Of a stretch of 64,000 nucleotides of DNA, positions 50,780-63,519 are shown in pieces (within the stretch, counting starts at the first letter, position 1; each line of letters begins with the position of its first letter). Location: contig OZ037768.1 in assembly GCA_964035545.1 (NCBI GenBank), positions 12,122,741 to 12,186,740 of the forward strand, in the 5' to 3' direction. Made by a program: the position numbers and the translations under genes. This DNA is from Bugula neritina (Eukaryota > Animalia > Bryozoa). The notes under the pieces are model-generated. The model saw only the letters and a program-made list of their open reading frames with translations, was not told the origin of the DNA and searched no databases.

Positions 50780-53700
50780 TTCAGTTTGGGGAGTTTCCCA
50801 CTAAGAACCCCTGGAGGGTGAATGCATGGGAACTCGATATATGCATATACATAATATATGCTTATAATACATATATACTCTTTTTTTATATTAGATCGTT
50901 CATTTATTTTATTTTCTTTAGTTATAGGGTTTCGTAGTAAAATGTAAGTAAAAAAATTTAAAAACCAACACTCTAGTCTAAATTCCATCTTTCAACTCTC
51001 TAGTAGTTCAAGGATAAAAAGAGTGAAAATATACTTTTGAAGATATTGCAAGGAAGAAAAACTTCGAGTGTTGTCTGGTATTAATTGGAGGTTGTGGAGC
51101 GACATATTCTTGATTTATTAAATTATTTTCTATACATTTGAAAAATAGTTTTTGCCGCAATTCTTTTTGGCGGTCTTTCATGGATTTAATTCCTGTGGCT
51201 TCTCGCAGATTGCTGTAGCTTACTTGTGATCTTATAGAAAAAATAAAACGCAATGCTTTATTTTGAACTTTTTAAATAATTTTAATATCTTTTTTTAAAA
51301 CAGGATCCCAAACCTGACAACCATATTCCAACTTTGACCTTACTAAACTGTAATATGCAACAAGCTTAGTTTTTGTGTCTGCAGATTTTACTACTCTTTT
51401 TATCATTTCCAAGAATTTAATAGGCATTGGTTATTATTTGATTTATACGATTGGTCCATTTCATGTCATAACTAAATTCAATACCTAAATATGGATGTGG
51501 TTCTACGTTACTTAATCTAGTATTATTCAAAGTATATATTATATCAGAATTTTTTTCACCAACTAATATAACTGAGCATTTGGCTGCATTAAAACACATC
51601 TGCCAGGTATGGGACCATTTCTCCACGGTATTTAGATCTTGTTGTAGCTGATTTTAATTTTTTCTGACATTGAAAAGCAATGCATCATCTGCAAACAATC
51701 GGATCTGCGAGTCGATACCTAGTGGTAAGTCGTTGATATAGATAAGAAAGAGCAAAGGCCCCAGGACCGACCCTTGAGGTACACCAGGTATAACTTTTAC
51801 CTCATTAGATGGTGAATTGTCCACAATTACAAACTGCTTTCGAAAGGACAAAAATTGTTCAATCCATAAATAGATCAAGCAATTTATACCATACATTGAT
51901 AATTTTTGTAACAACTTTCTATGGTTAACAGAATCAAAGGCCTTGCTAAAATCCAAAACAACAAGATCAGTTATACTACCATGTTCTATATTTAAAAATA
52001 ACTCATTAGCGGTATACGCCAACTGAGTTTCACAGGACCTATGTTTTCTAAAACCGTGTTGTACTGGTGTAAGTATATTATGTTTTTCTAAATGAGCATT
52101 TATCTCTCTCACTAGGATATGTTCTATAAGTTTACAAGGGATACATGTAAGAGATATTGGTCGGTAATTATTGGGAATATGTCTGTCTCCTTTTTTGTGA
52201 ACTGGTGTAATTTTGGCGACTCTCCAGATATCTGGAATCGAGTTTGTTTTGATGGAATATTGGAATATCTTGGTAAGATGACCACTTATATAAGTGGCAA
52301 AGGTTTTTAGTAATATTCCACTTACATTATCAGGTCCACAGAATTTACTCAAATCAATTTTTATTAATAATTCTCTAACACCTGATTCATTTATTATTAT
52401 TTCACTATTATCTACAGAAAATTTTTGTGGCAGTTTCACTGTTTTACCATTGTCATGTGTGAACACGGACTCAAAAAATTTATTTAAGGTATTGGCTTTA
52501 TCTTGAGCACATTTGGCTACTTTATTATTATATTTTAGTTCTGGTATTGTATTTTTAGTGCTTTCATTCATTTTTCTCATATATATATAAAAAATGGTTT
52601 GCTATTACTACTTTGCAGTGGTTTATATAACATCCTGTTTAGATAAGACTTTTTAGCTAATTTAATAAGTTTTTTGTTGGTTTTTCTTGTTTTTTGGAAT
52701 CGAAGTATGTTATATTCAGTAGGACAACGTTTCATTTTGTTGTAGAGTGTTTTTTGTTTTGATAAATCTTTTTTTAAGTTTTTATTTAGCCATGATGAAT
52801 CTTTAGTCTCACAAACAGTTTTTGTAAGAACACAAGTGAATCGAAGTTTTTCTTTATGCAGCTCAGAAATAAATTGTAGATATCGATAATGTTTGAATTA
52901 TGTTTTATTGCAGTGCTAATCTTATTTTCATATTTTAGTGAGATCTTTGGAGCGTTAGTAAAATCTGTTTGATTATACAAGTGGATAGTTTTGGTTATAT
53001 GAGGAGAATTGGCATCAAGATTAATTTTTAAAGTGGCCAGAATCATTATGATCACTGAGGTGTGGATCTATTAGTGAAATGTTTTTAATTATTGCTTTGT
53101 TAGTAAGAAGCAGGTCTAAAATATTTCTATGGATATGAGTAGGTGTGTATATGTGTTGTTCTAAGTAAAATTCAGAAATTTTAGCTAGGAAGGGTTTAGT
53201 AATTTTAAAAGAGCCTGTAACTCTATAGTTATGCCAGTCAATCTTTGGGAAATTGAAGTCACCGTATATTAGTAGTTTGCTCTCTGAATTATGCACAGTT
53301 TTGTTTATTTCGTCAAGTAGGTCAGGTATTAAATTTATGTTCATATTATTTGGTGGTCGATAGACCAACAAGATAAAGAGAACTTCTCTACCTGAAGCTA
53401 TCTTTAGAAATAAGCATTCAGCTCGAGATGTTATAGGAATTTTATCAACATTGTACTTTGATTGGACATAGGCAGCAATGCCCCCTCCAGCTATGTTTCT
53501 ATCTTTACGAAAAATATTATATCCAGGTAAAGACAACTCTCCTGAACTGATATCAGGGCTAAGAAAAGTTTCTGTTAAACAGATAATAGCTATGTTAGAG
53601 TGTTGTTGAATCTCCAATTCTAAATTTGTGACTTTGTTTCTAAGTGACCGTATATTTAAGTAACATAATTTGCAACTAGATTCATTTTTATTTGCATTGT

Positions 53701-55312
53701 TTAAATGTAAGGTTTTTCTACCACGTCTAGTCTCACTCTGCTCGTTCTAACTTCTAACCTCAATAACTTTTCCTTTACTAATATTAACATTTTCACCTAA
53801 CTGGCGCCTTCTTTTCACTTCCTGTCTCAGCAAGTACTGTGCATCTCGCTCAGTTTTTGTAAGATCAGGATTTACAAAAATATTTTTTAAGCCCTCAGTA
53901 GATAGGCTAATGGATCATGCTTTCCCAGTTAGGGTCCATTTATCTTTTTTTTGGGCCATCGTGACAATATAGATATTCTTTTTTTGTTTAGTAGTGATCT
54001 CAAGCACTTTAGTTGCAGAATCAACCTTCACTACTTCTAAAAACTTTGTTATTTTGTCTTTGATTACTTCTCCGGAGAATACTACATTTAAAGCTCGCTT
54101 TTGTTTTTCTCTAAGCTCACCAGCAACCTGAGTCACAATTGATTCACTAGCTCTTTTGGGATAACCATCTTTTCTGGAGTTGGACCCAAGTCCGGTGTGT
54201 TCCTCCAGATTGGTGGGGCGAGCTTGCATAACACACTCTATTTTTTTGTTGAGGTTTTCAACAGCTACATCAAAATCAGCTTTTATAGATGCCACTGCAT
54301 GGTCTATACCCTGGCTTACACTTTCCATCCTATGTTCAACTGTAGTGTCAAGGGAAGCGACAGAGTGTTTCAACTCATTGATCTTACATTCTACCTGCGC
54401 CACTCTGTTATTAACAGCACTAATCATATCATGCAACCTTTTTGAACTACTTTCACAAAAGGAACAGTTCCAGTGAACTGAACTCTTTTCTCCAGAAGGA
54501 GATTTCAAAAGAATTGCAGTGGCACTATCCACACCTGAACATTTAATATCAAACCACAGAGTGCAAACATTGCATTGGATTGATTCTCCTTTGATGGTCC
54601 TCTTGCATCCACCACAGAAGCTATCATTATTATTACTATTAGCTCCTCCAGGCATGTTATATTTTTTCAGTATCCTGACAAAATAATTGAAAATTTAGTG
54701 ATCAACGAAAAGGGAAAAAAAACAACAAATATAATTAATAGGTATGTTCACTCCGTACACTTGGGACTGATATCAATTAAACAACTGGCTCAAAATGGTC
54801 AAAGGTACTCACAGTGCCAACTCTCTGTTTACTAAACTTTCAAAATGATTATTCAACAAACAAGGTTGAAAATTAAACTGCGTAACACAATTCACACTCA
54901 AAATAATCAATTATTAATAATCACAAAAAGGGAGAAGAAGAGTTCAAAATCCTGAAGACAAAGAATAAAAATCAAAGTAATTTTACGAAAAATATGGTAT
55001 GATTAATAACAATCAAAAATTTCAAAATCTTGAAACCAAGGATGAAAATCAAAGTGAACTGATGATCACCAAACTAACTAGGCCAGGCCTACTAACTCAA
55101 ATTCAGAACTCATGTACTGTTACTGAGCACCTCGTATAACGATTTACGTTAGTTTGGTTAGTAAGTTAGTTTTTTCGTTATAGTAATAGTCGTATAATAT
55201 GTATGAAATGAATGAATCCACAATAGTATAACAGAAAATATCGCAAAGGCTTTAAAGGTTTCAAATACGAGCGCTCAGAAAACACGTCCTTTCACTACGA
55301 AACTCGTACTCT
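50780..55312 (-). mobile_element. LINE B: full-length but decayed CR1/L2-group element (ORF1 ~54655-53745 with PHD; ORF2 fragments ~53705-50980)
   Basis: CGGC...IQCNVCTLWFDIKC...WNCSFC PHD-like finger; CLTETFL/GDFNFP/LSDH endonuclease; GVPQGSVLGP, FADD RT; several stops and frameshifts; 3' hairpin GAGTTCCCA...TGGGAAACTC at ~50790-50835. The 5' boundary is approximate. Confidence 0.9.
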
Positions 55313-55325
55313 AAATTTTTTATAT

Positions 55326-55748
55326 TGTTGTAGTTTTGTGCACTACTAGAGTGGGGTATTATTGTACACACGAATGACTGCTGCATGATTTACTATGAGG
55401 CTGCAAGAGAAACCGAAGTAGTTAACGTTTATAAAAGATCTATATTTAAAGTCTAAGTAGATACAAATAAAGTCATCAACAGTCGCAAAAGAATATACAC
55501 TTATAGAACATCTACACAATATTATCTAAGTCTACATGACAGTTATCCTCCAACTGAGGCTGGGCGCCGGAAGGCGCTGTTTATATCTGAGGGGTTGGCT
55601 TTTATAGAGCGTGTCCACCTTCAGTTAAGTCAGTAGATCTGTGAGTAGAGCTAAGGCCGTCTAGACTCGTTCACTAGTACACCAAGAATTCTTTCTTCTG
55701 CTCTTGTCTAATCTCGTCACTTGTGTGTGCCAATGACCTCTCACCACA
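55326..55748 (-). mobile_element. 3' LTR of the BEL/Pao element
   Basis: Polypurine tract AAAGGGGGGA (55758-55749) directly followed by TGT. Ends ...CTACAACA. Internal TATAAAA. The left boundary is inferred from the ACA terminus. Confidence 0.7.
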
Positions 55749-57937
55749 TCCCCCCTTTGATGCAATCACATCAGCAATATAGGAATACCACCGTATCCCG
55801 CAAATAGTCAAAACAAACAAAAGCAGTACTAAATCATGATACAACTTTCAACAAAATATCGAAACAAACAAACTGTAAATGGTAGCATTCACGTATCGTC
55901 ATCTGAAGCCATCAGGATTACTATAGTGAAGTTTATATACAAATATGCGTACTATTAGAGTACTAATGTTTGGATATGTACCCCAAGAAGATTTGCAAGT
56001 CAGTCCAGAAAGTTTCTTTGTTTATCTGCAGTTTCAGTTCCTTCCGTAGCGTGTTCGTAAGGCGAGTTGCTGTGACCGTTCCTTGTTGCTCAAGTCTTGG
56101 GATAGTCACCTTCTTTAGTAGTGCCACTCGAGACTTGGCCAGAATCAGATTGCAAAAATGTCTTTATTGTCAGCTACTTGTCTGATGTATGAGCATGCTC
56201 GGTAACCATTTAGGCTAGCATCACTGAAGTGATGCAGCTCAGTGTCGGCTATGTTGGCTTCAGGTTTGCAGCATCGTAGGATGTTTAATGCTGTGAGATT
56301 GCTCAAGTCATTTCTCCAGCACTCTTACTGTTGTTTGTCATCTGGGCACATAAGTTGATCCCATGACTGCTCTGAGGAAACTACCTTCTGTAGAATTTGT
56401 TTCTCTTTTAGAACAAAGAGTGAGATGAGTCCTATAGGATCATAAATCTGGGCTATGGTTGAGAGCGCTTCTCTCTTAGTTGATGGCTTGCCTTGTGATT
56501 CTGGGATGCTAAAGTGAAAGATATCTGTTTTAAACACTATCTCATCTCAAATGTTTGTTCACTAGGCAGTGTGTCTATGAGTATATCTATGGCTTTGGTA
56601 ATTTTTTTTACGCTTGAAGGCAGGTACTGCAGCTAATATGTCCTTGTTGTTTGAGAGAAACTTGTGTAGTCGTATGTTACCGTTTGAGCATATCTGTCTT
56701 GCAGCTGTGACTTAACTCTTTGGCTTCTTTTACAGCAGATACACCCGTCACACCATTGTTAATGTAAAATTTGTTCTGTAGAAATTCTGAAGCAAGGGGT
56801 GACATGGGTTGGTAGTCATTGGCCGGTTTTTCAAGACCAAAAGTTGCAACACCTGGTGATGATGTTGCCCCAAAGAAGTGAACATTCATCCTGTACTCTT
56901 TTACCACACCTTTATCGTCTATCCATAGGAACCGAAAGTAATCTGTGTGTTCTGGGGCTACAATAAAATTGTAGAACATTTGTTGAATGTCACATGTAAT
57001 TGCCACTGGCTCTCGTCGGAACCCTATCAGTAAGCCAAGTAGAGAGTTGGTATAGTCGGATCCTTGTAATACCACATCATTTGACGAGACTCCATCAAAT
57101 TTAAAGCTAGCATCAAAAACTACTTCAAGTTTGTGTTTCTGCTTGTGCCTGACACCATAATAAGGTATGTACCACACCTGCACTTCAACAGTGGCTGATA
57201 TGGCTTCTTCAGCATGCCCTGATTTTATAAGGTTGTCCATAGAAGTTGAGTATTTTGCTTTGTAAGGTGGGTCTGTGGAGAACTTCCTTAGTAAAGTATT
57301 TAGACGATTCTCAGCTTGTCTTTTGTTGTTAGGTAATTTTGGTAATGGTGTCTTGAATGGCAAGGGTATTACATAGTCACCTGATGGGTTCTGATCAATT
57401 GATGCCTCCAGAATTTTCATGAATTTGGCATCATCTTGAGATATGTACGCATCTTCATTTGTCTCTTGGAAGTCTCTTTCCAAAATGTTCAGTAACTGTA
57501 CATCTTTAGTAATGTTGGCTTTGTAAGCTGTCCTTCTTGGTTTCTCAGCGGTCCCCATCGCACCTCCACACATAGTCCATTCAAATAAGGTTTTTGCTCT
57601 AATAACCTTTACCTGTTTTACCACTAATGGCTGGCCTTGTCTCTAATGGTTGAATTACTTTTGTGGAATTCATTCTTACTTGAAGACCAGCTGATATGTC
57701 AATCAGTGATGAAATCTGGGTTGCTATGTCGATGAGGTGGTCTAATCTCTTAGCCATTTCCTTAGTGGGTAATTGTTGCTTGTCACAATACATATCATCA
57801 TGCTTGTATGCACTGATATGTGCATAGCTATCTTTCAGATAGCCTCACAGCATGATGTCATCCAATCTTTTGATGTCTTCAGTCACTGGTCTGTTGATTG
57901 TATGAATTGTGCCATTCCTATTTCTTTCTGCATCACT

Positions 57938-60445
57938 TGTTTGTTTTGTTTTGTTTTTATTTATTTAACACTTTAGAAAAATTTACAAGAATGAGAAGAA
58001 AATAGCAAAAAAATGTGTTTAGGCCTATGGCGCAATAGCACTGCAGCTAGTCAAGGCACCAGGCCTTTGCTGAGGAGAACTAACAGTTAGCTGTCTAAAA
58101 ATACAAAATCAAACAAGTTACATTGAGTCAAGCAAGTAAGACTTTACAGCACGCTTAAAATCACCATCTATTGCAACAGCACGAATTGACTTCAGCAGCC
58201 CATTCCACAAGGATGCGCACTGGTAACTCACTCTGCGATGTCCGGAAGCGGTTGAAGATTTGGGCAGTTTAAAATTATATTTGGAAGCTCTAGTTAAGTA
58301 ATTGTGGCAAGAATGTGAATCATTGGAGTAAAAGGTTTGATGAGCAAGTAATAATGATTTATATTTGGATTGTAATTGGACAGGAAGTATTAAGGAATGT
58401 AAAAATAATGGTTTAGTGTGTGTCAATGGAGATTTTTCATAAATTATTCTTGCTAATCGCTTTTGTAAGATTTGGTTAATATAACTTTTTGCTACGCTTC
58501 CCCATGATTCAAGACAATAGTTGATTTTGGAATTTATAAAAGAGTTATATATTATGATTAACACTTTTCTTGGTAGAAAACTTGAACATTTAAATAGCAT
58601 TCCTATCATTGGTCTCAGCTTTTTACACAATTTGTCTATATGCAAATTCCATGACGGAGATTTGTCAATTTCAACCCCTAAAAATTTGATTAAATTTATT
58701 TCTTTTAGATATGAGTCGCCAATTTTTATTGAACTTAGGTTTAGTTTGCGTTTGTTTTGAGGTGTTTGTAATACAAGATAACTTGTCTTTTCTGAGTTTA
58801 GAGTAAGTTTAATGAAGTTGCACCAATTTTTTATAAATTCTAATTCATCATTTATTGTATTAATGTGTCAATTAAAATTTTTGCTACTAAAGAATAAGTT
58901 TGTATCATCAGCGTATAGTATTGGATCGGGTAATTTAGTAACCGTTGATAGATAGATCATTTATGTAAATCAAAAATAAGGTGGGACCCAAGATAGAGCC
59001 CTGAGGCACGCCACATGTTATATCGTTTAAATTAGAAAAATGTGAGTTTATCATAGTAAGTTGCTTACGATTTGAAAGGTAGTTTGAATGAATGGTAACA
59101 CTAGTGTTTGGAAAAATTGAGACTTTTTAGTTTTATCAATTAAAATACGATGGTCAATTGTATCAAAAGCTTTACTAAAATCTAAAAATATTCCCAACAC
59201 AGAATCTCCATCATTCAACGCTTTCAGTACACTATCTGTAAATCGAGCCAGTGCATGTGAAGTACTTTTGTCTTTCCTAAAGCCATATTGTTGAGAATTT
59301 AAAATATTTTCACTTTCTAAAAAGTTTGTTAGTTGGCAATTCATAATTTTTTTCTATAATTTTGCTAAGAGCTGGAAGAATCGAAATAGGCCTATAATTG
59401 GTACAGTCAGTTGTTACACCTTTTTTGTGTAAAGGTTTTACCTTTTCAATTTTCAGAGTATCTGGAAATACACTACTTTGGAAACTTTCATTAATAATGT
59501 GAGTTAAAGGAATAGATAGTATATGTGCGCTCGTTACGATCAACTTTGCTGGCATTTGGTCAAAACCGGTAGCTTTCTTAATATCCATGGTTTTTAGCAA
59601 AGCCTCTACATATTGGCTGCAAACTGGTAAAAATTGAAAGTTATAATGTGGCTTTTTTGCTGTAATGTTAGAATTGGTTGCCTCAGCTTGGTTGTTAAAT
59701 TTTTTTGCCAAAGATGCTCCGACTGATGTGAAATATTTGTTAAAACAATTTGCTATGTCTTGATCACTTGTGAAAACAGAACCGTTGTAGCAAAGTTGAT
59801 TTGGCACTGATGAAACAATTTTGCGTTGTTTTTCCAATTGCTCATTTATCACTCTCCAACATTTTAAAGCTTCTGATGACTGAAAAATAGTCTGAAAATA
59901 CCGAGTTTTAGCTTCACGGTTCTGTTTAGATACCTGGTTTCTTAGTGTTTTAAATTTATGTTTTAGTTTAGTGTTGAAGGGAGAGTGTAAGGATTTTCTA
60001 TGAACATAATCTCTTTTATTAATTAGTTTTATAATTTCAAATGTCATTCAAGGATTTTTCGTCATTTTAATCTTATTTTCTCGTGTTTCAAAGGGAGCGT
60101 GCTTGTTACAAATATTTAAAAAATTGTTTGCAAAACTATTGTATTTACTGTGAACTTCGGGCTTACAATAAACTTCATTTTCCCAATTTATGTTACTCAG
60201 TTCTTTTAAAAAAATTTTTGTATCAAAGGTTCTATAGTTTCAACTTGTGATGTTTTCGGTAGGTTTAAAATGGCTACTATCTTTTTCAAAGCTAATAAAT
60301 GTTGGTAGGTGGTCTGCAACCTTAGTCATTATTGTTCCTGAGGTAAATACTTTGTTGTTAATGTTTATATATTGATATGGTCTATACAGGCTTTAATTCT
60401 AGCCGGTATAGTGATAACGTTTGAGAAATTTGTGCTAGCTTATCC
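57938..60445 (-). mobile_element. LINE C: 5'-truncated L2/Crack-like LINE nested in the BEL protease region
   Basis: CIDHI (endonuclease end), [38 protein letters not shown]; 3' stem-loop AAGGCCTGGTGCC...GCGCCATAGGCCT; AATAAA + (CAAAA)n tail at ~57965-57938. Confidence 0.88.
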
Positions 60446-62981
60446 TATTTCAGTGTATCAATATCAATATTCAATATCCATATTGTCTTTGCCTTCAAGG
60501 TTTCAACGACATTCTTTAACACATAGCATGCATTTAACATGTTGTCAAGAAGAGCATAGACCAACATTTCACGTGCTGTACCTGCCGATACATAGACAGG
60601 TACAACCGTGCTGGTTAAGGTGTCGTTAACTCCAGTTGTTTGGCATCTTAGTACCTTGCTTGTACTGTGGGTTGTCAGTGACTTTTGTTTGTTAGATTGT
60701 GAGTCAGTTTTAGGAACAACAGTTTCGTTTGAGTGACCTGGACTAGGTTTTTTGTTGTACTGAATGTTAGGATAGTGGTTGGCAGTTGCAGGATTCTTTT
60801 TTTCACCTTAGACACTTCAGTTTCTTGTCACAGTCCTTTGATCTGTGGCCGAGTTCCATACATTTGAAGCATAGTTGATTCTTTTGAATGAATTCTTTTT
60901 CTGGTTTGGTTTTCTCCTGGAGGTGGTAGCCATCAGCTGTGATTTGGTGTAGTGTAATGTGGCATTCCTTCTTTTGTTCAGTTGAAGTTGCATAGCTTTT
61001 CAAGGGCTTGGTTTGTGTGCTGGGTTTATGTTGTTGACTGCTTGTTTTGTCTATCACCCTGTGCTGTCGTTGACTGTGATATTGGGAGTGTCATGATGTA
61101 GGCTTTCTCATTGACAAATTATGTAAATTTTCTAAAGTTTGCGTAGGAGCCATCATTAGAGTTTGCTACAACTCTTATTCACTTGAGTTTTAGCCACTCC
61201 AGGAGTTTTTCTTCTATTTTCTCATTTTCAATGTAGTTGTTTAAGACTTGGAGGGCTTTAACAGACTGCATGGCACTCCTTAGATGGCCTAAGAAGCCTC
61301 CAAAGGCTTGAAGGCCTTGTCCATCCTTAGGTGAGATCTTCGGCCATTTGTCTAGTTTCATACTGAAAGATCTGTGTTTTGCTTATTACCATAATAACTT
61401 TTTAAGGTCGTCTTAGCTGCTAAACAGGCTTCGTTTGTGTTTGTGCTAAAGTGACCTTCAACACACATCTTTGCTTCACCTTTCAGGAACCGTTTCAGAT
61501 GTCTGAGTCTGTGGTTGCCCTCTATACATTTAGCACATAAGTAGGGTCTAGATCCACCTTCCAGTCACTGAATTCCAAAACATTGCCATCAAATATGCTT
61601 AGCTCTTCAGCCTTGTGGGAGTTGCCCAAGGCTGCTGTCAAGCTTGTTGCTTATTGTTGCACAATTGAAAGTTCTAAGTTTGCAGGCCATTTCTAACTTA
61701 CCAGGTCTAGGTTGATTAGGGTTTTTCTTTTGTGTTTGATGTCTGCTGCCATAGATTGGTTGTCTAGCCAATCCAGCTGCTTAAATATAATGTACTTCAA
61801 CTTGATTTGATTCAGTTGAATCAAGTTCATCCTCCTCGTTTAGTGAAGGGCTGTCTTCTCCGGCAGAATTAACTGCTAGTTCCATCTCAGCGAGTGGTGA
61901 ATAAACAAGATGACTCTCTTTCATTCATCATTTCTTGAAAAAGTCTTGCATGTTCTTCAATCTTTTGGTTGGTTGATGCAATCTTTTCCTGAGCTCTCTG
62001 TACCTGCAAAGTTTCTATGTTCTATGTTCCTTTCTGTGTTCCTATCGTGTCCTTTAATGATTCTGCAGTGGTTGATGATTATCAAGCATAGGTTTTGGTT
62101 TTTTCTACAGTTTTTTTTGGGTTTTGAGTCTTTTTCACATAAGGTAGCTAGTTCATTGAACATTTTATAAATCTCTTGCGTTTCAACATCAATTGAATTA
62201 CAAATTTCTTACAATTTGTCAATACAATTTTATCTAAATCTTATCTATATGTTTGAACTGATTAATAATCTGTTTGGTTATTTTAAGGTTCAATTCAGAA
62301 ATTTTACTTTCTCTGCCAATACTGGAAAGTTTTAATTGACGGCGTGTTCGTATGCTTACTGCAGGTGAACCACTAGTACCAGCAATGTTTGATTTGTTAT
62401 TGTCAAGTAAATCAGAAACTTCTTTAGTTGCACCCGAGGCTACTACCTGATTATTGCCCTTCGCAGGCTCTCCAGTTGGCACCACGTCATGCACACCAGT
62501 AGAGTCGTTGGCCTCCAGCACCACCACAGCATCTCCAGGCCCCGACATGCCACCAGAAAGACCCAAGCCGAGCGCTGGCCACGATACTACGTACGTTATG
62601 AGTCAACAATGATAGATGGTTTACAGCTAATTGTGTTCAACCAAATTAAAAAGCTAATTAACCAAAATTAAAACCTAAGATTCTAAATATTGAGACAGGT
62701 CAAAATATAAAAGCTCAATAAAGAACTAGACTAAGGGTGATCAATCTCAATACAAAATCTATCAATCTATATTCATGCACAAGTTATAAGCTGATAACCA
62801 TTGGCTATGTATTGTCAATCGAGTGTAGTGTGAATGAGTACTTAGTTTACCAGTCAATGACAAACTGATTCAATGTCTGTAAACAATTACCAAATAATAT
62901 TGTAAATGTGTTACTTATCAATCTGTTCGTTGCCTCTATTTGTTAGGTCTTGTGATTGAGTTGACTGTGGCGGTATATCCG

Positions 62982-63086
62982 TTGAGTTGGTTACTGGTGC
63001 AGCTCTTGGGATGCAATTCACTGTGGCTGTAAATCTTTTGAGTTGGTTACTGGTGCAGCTCTTGTGATGCAATTCACTATGGCTGG
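62982..63086. repeat. Two-copy ~56-bp direct repeat
   Basis: ttgagttggttactggtgcagctcttg(g/t)gatgcaattcact(g/a)tggctg at 62982 and 63038. Confidence 0.9.
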
Positions 63087-63519
63087 CTCTGTAATATCAC
63101 TGGCCTCACTTAGAGGAAGGTTTCACTGTAGAGTTTTTGTAGAAAAACTCTTAAAACTTCTCTTTGCTATTGTTACACTCATGGAACTGTAGGAAGTGAG
63201 GCAATTTCACTGGTTAATAGTATTGTATTGTACCATGAAACCTGTGGTCTTTAATAAACAACCCCATGATGATACTTGTATAAATGTTGATATCTAAATT
63301 AATATGATTGCTGCTACACAAGGCTTACTAAACCAAACTGACCACTATAAAAATACCATCTACCTTGCTGACTCAAAACCGGTAGCATTGGCTGATTCGA
63401 TCAAGCCATTAATCAGCCCCCCGGTCCCAGAGACGCTACAGCGTTACCCAAAACCAACCCCCTCACTGGTGACAAACATAGGGCCAAAGAGTGGAGCCAT
63501 TAGGCTGGCTTAACAAGCA

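Larger units (their letters stand above)
55326..62600 (-). mobile_element. Decayed BEL/Pao LTR retrotransposon (gag, protease, RT, RNase H; integrase mostly deleted; 5' LTR not found)
   Basis: Gag KLDKWPKI...LQVLN and zinc knuckle CFKCMELGHRSKDC. Protease YALLDN at ~60540-60558. RT VWYIPYYGV...VVFDAS...CDIQQMF...FFGATSSPG. Pao RNase H TKREALSTIAQIYDPIG and AKSRVA...TIPRLE. Confidence 0.9.

Noticed and set aside
63340-63510. HDV-like ribozyme on the minus strand
   Set aside because: P2/P4-like pairings exist, but the L3 loop is 5 nt rather than the UCCUCGY-type 7 nt, and no convincing P1/P1.1 could be built.
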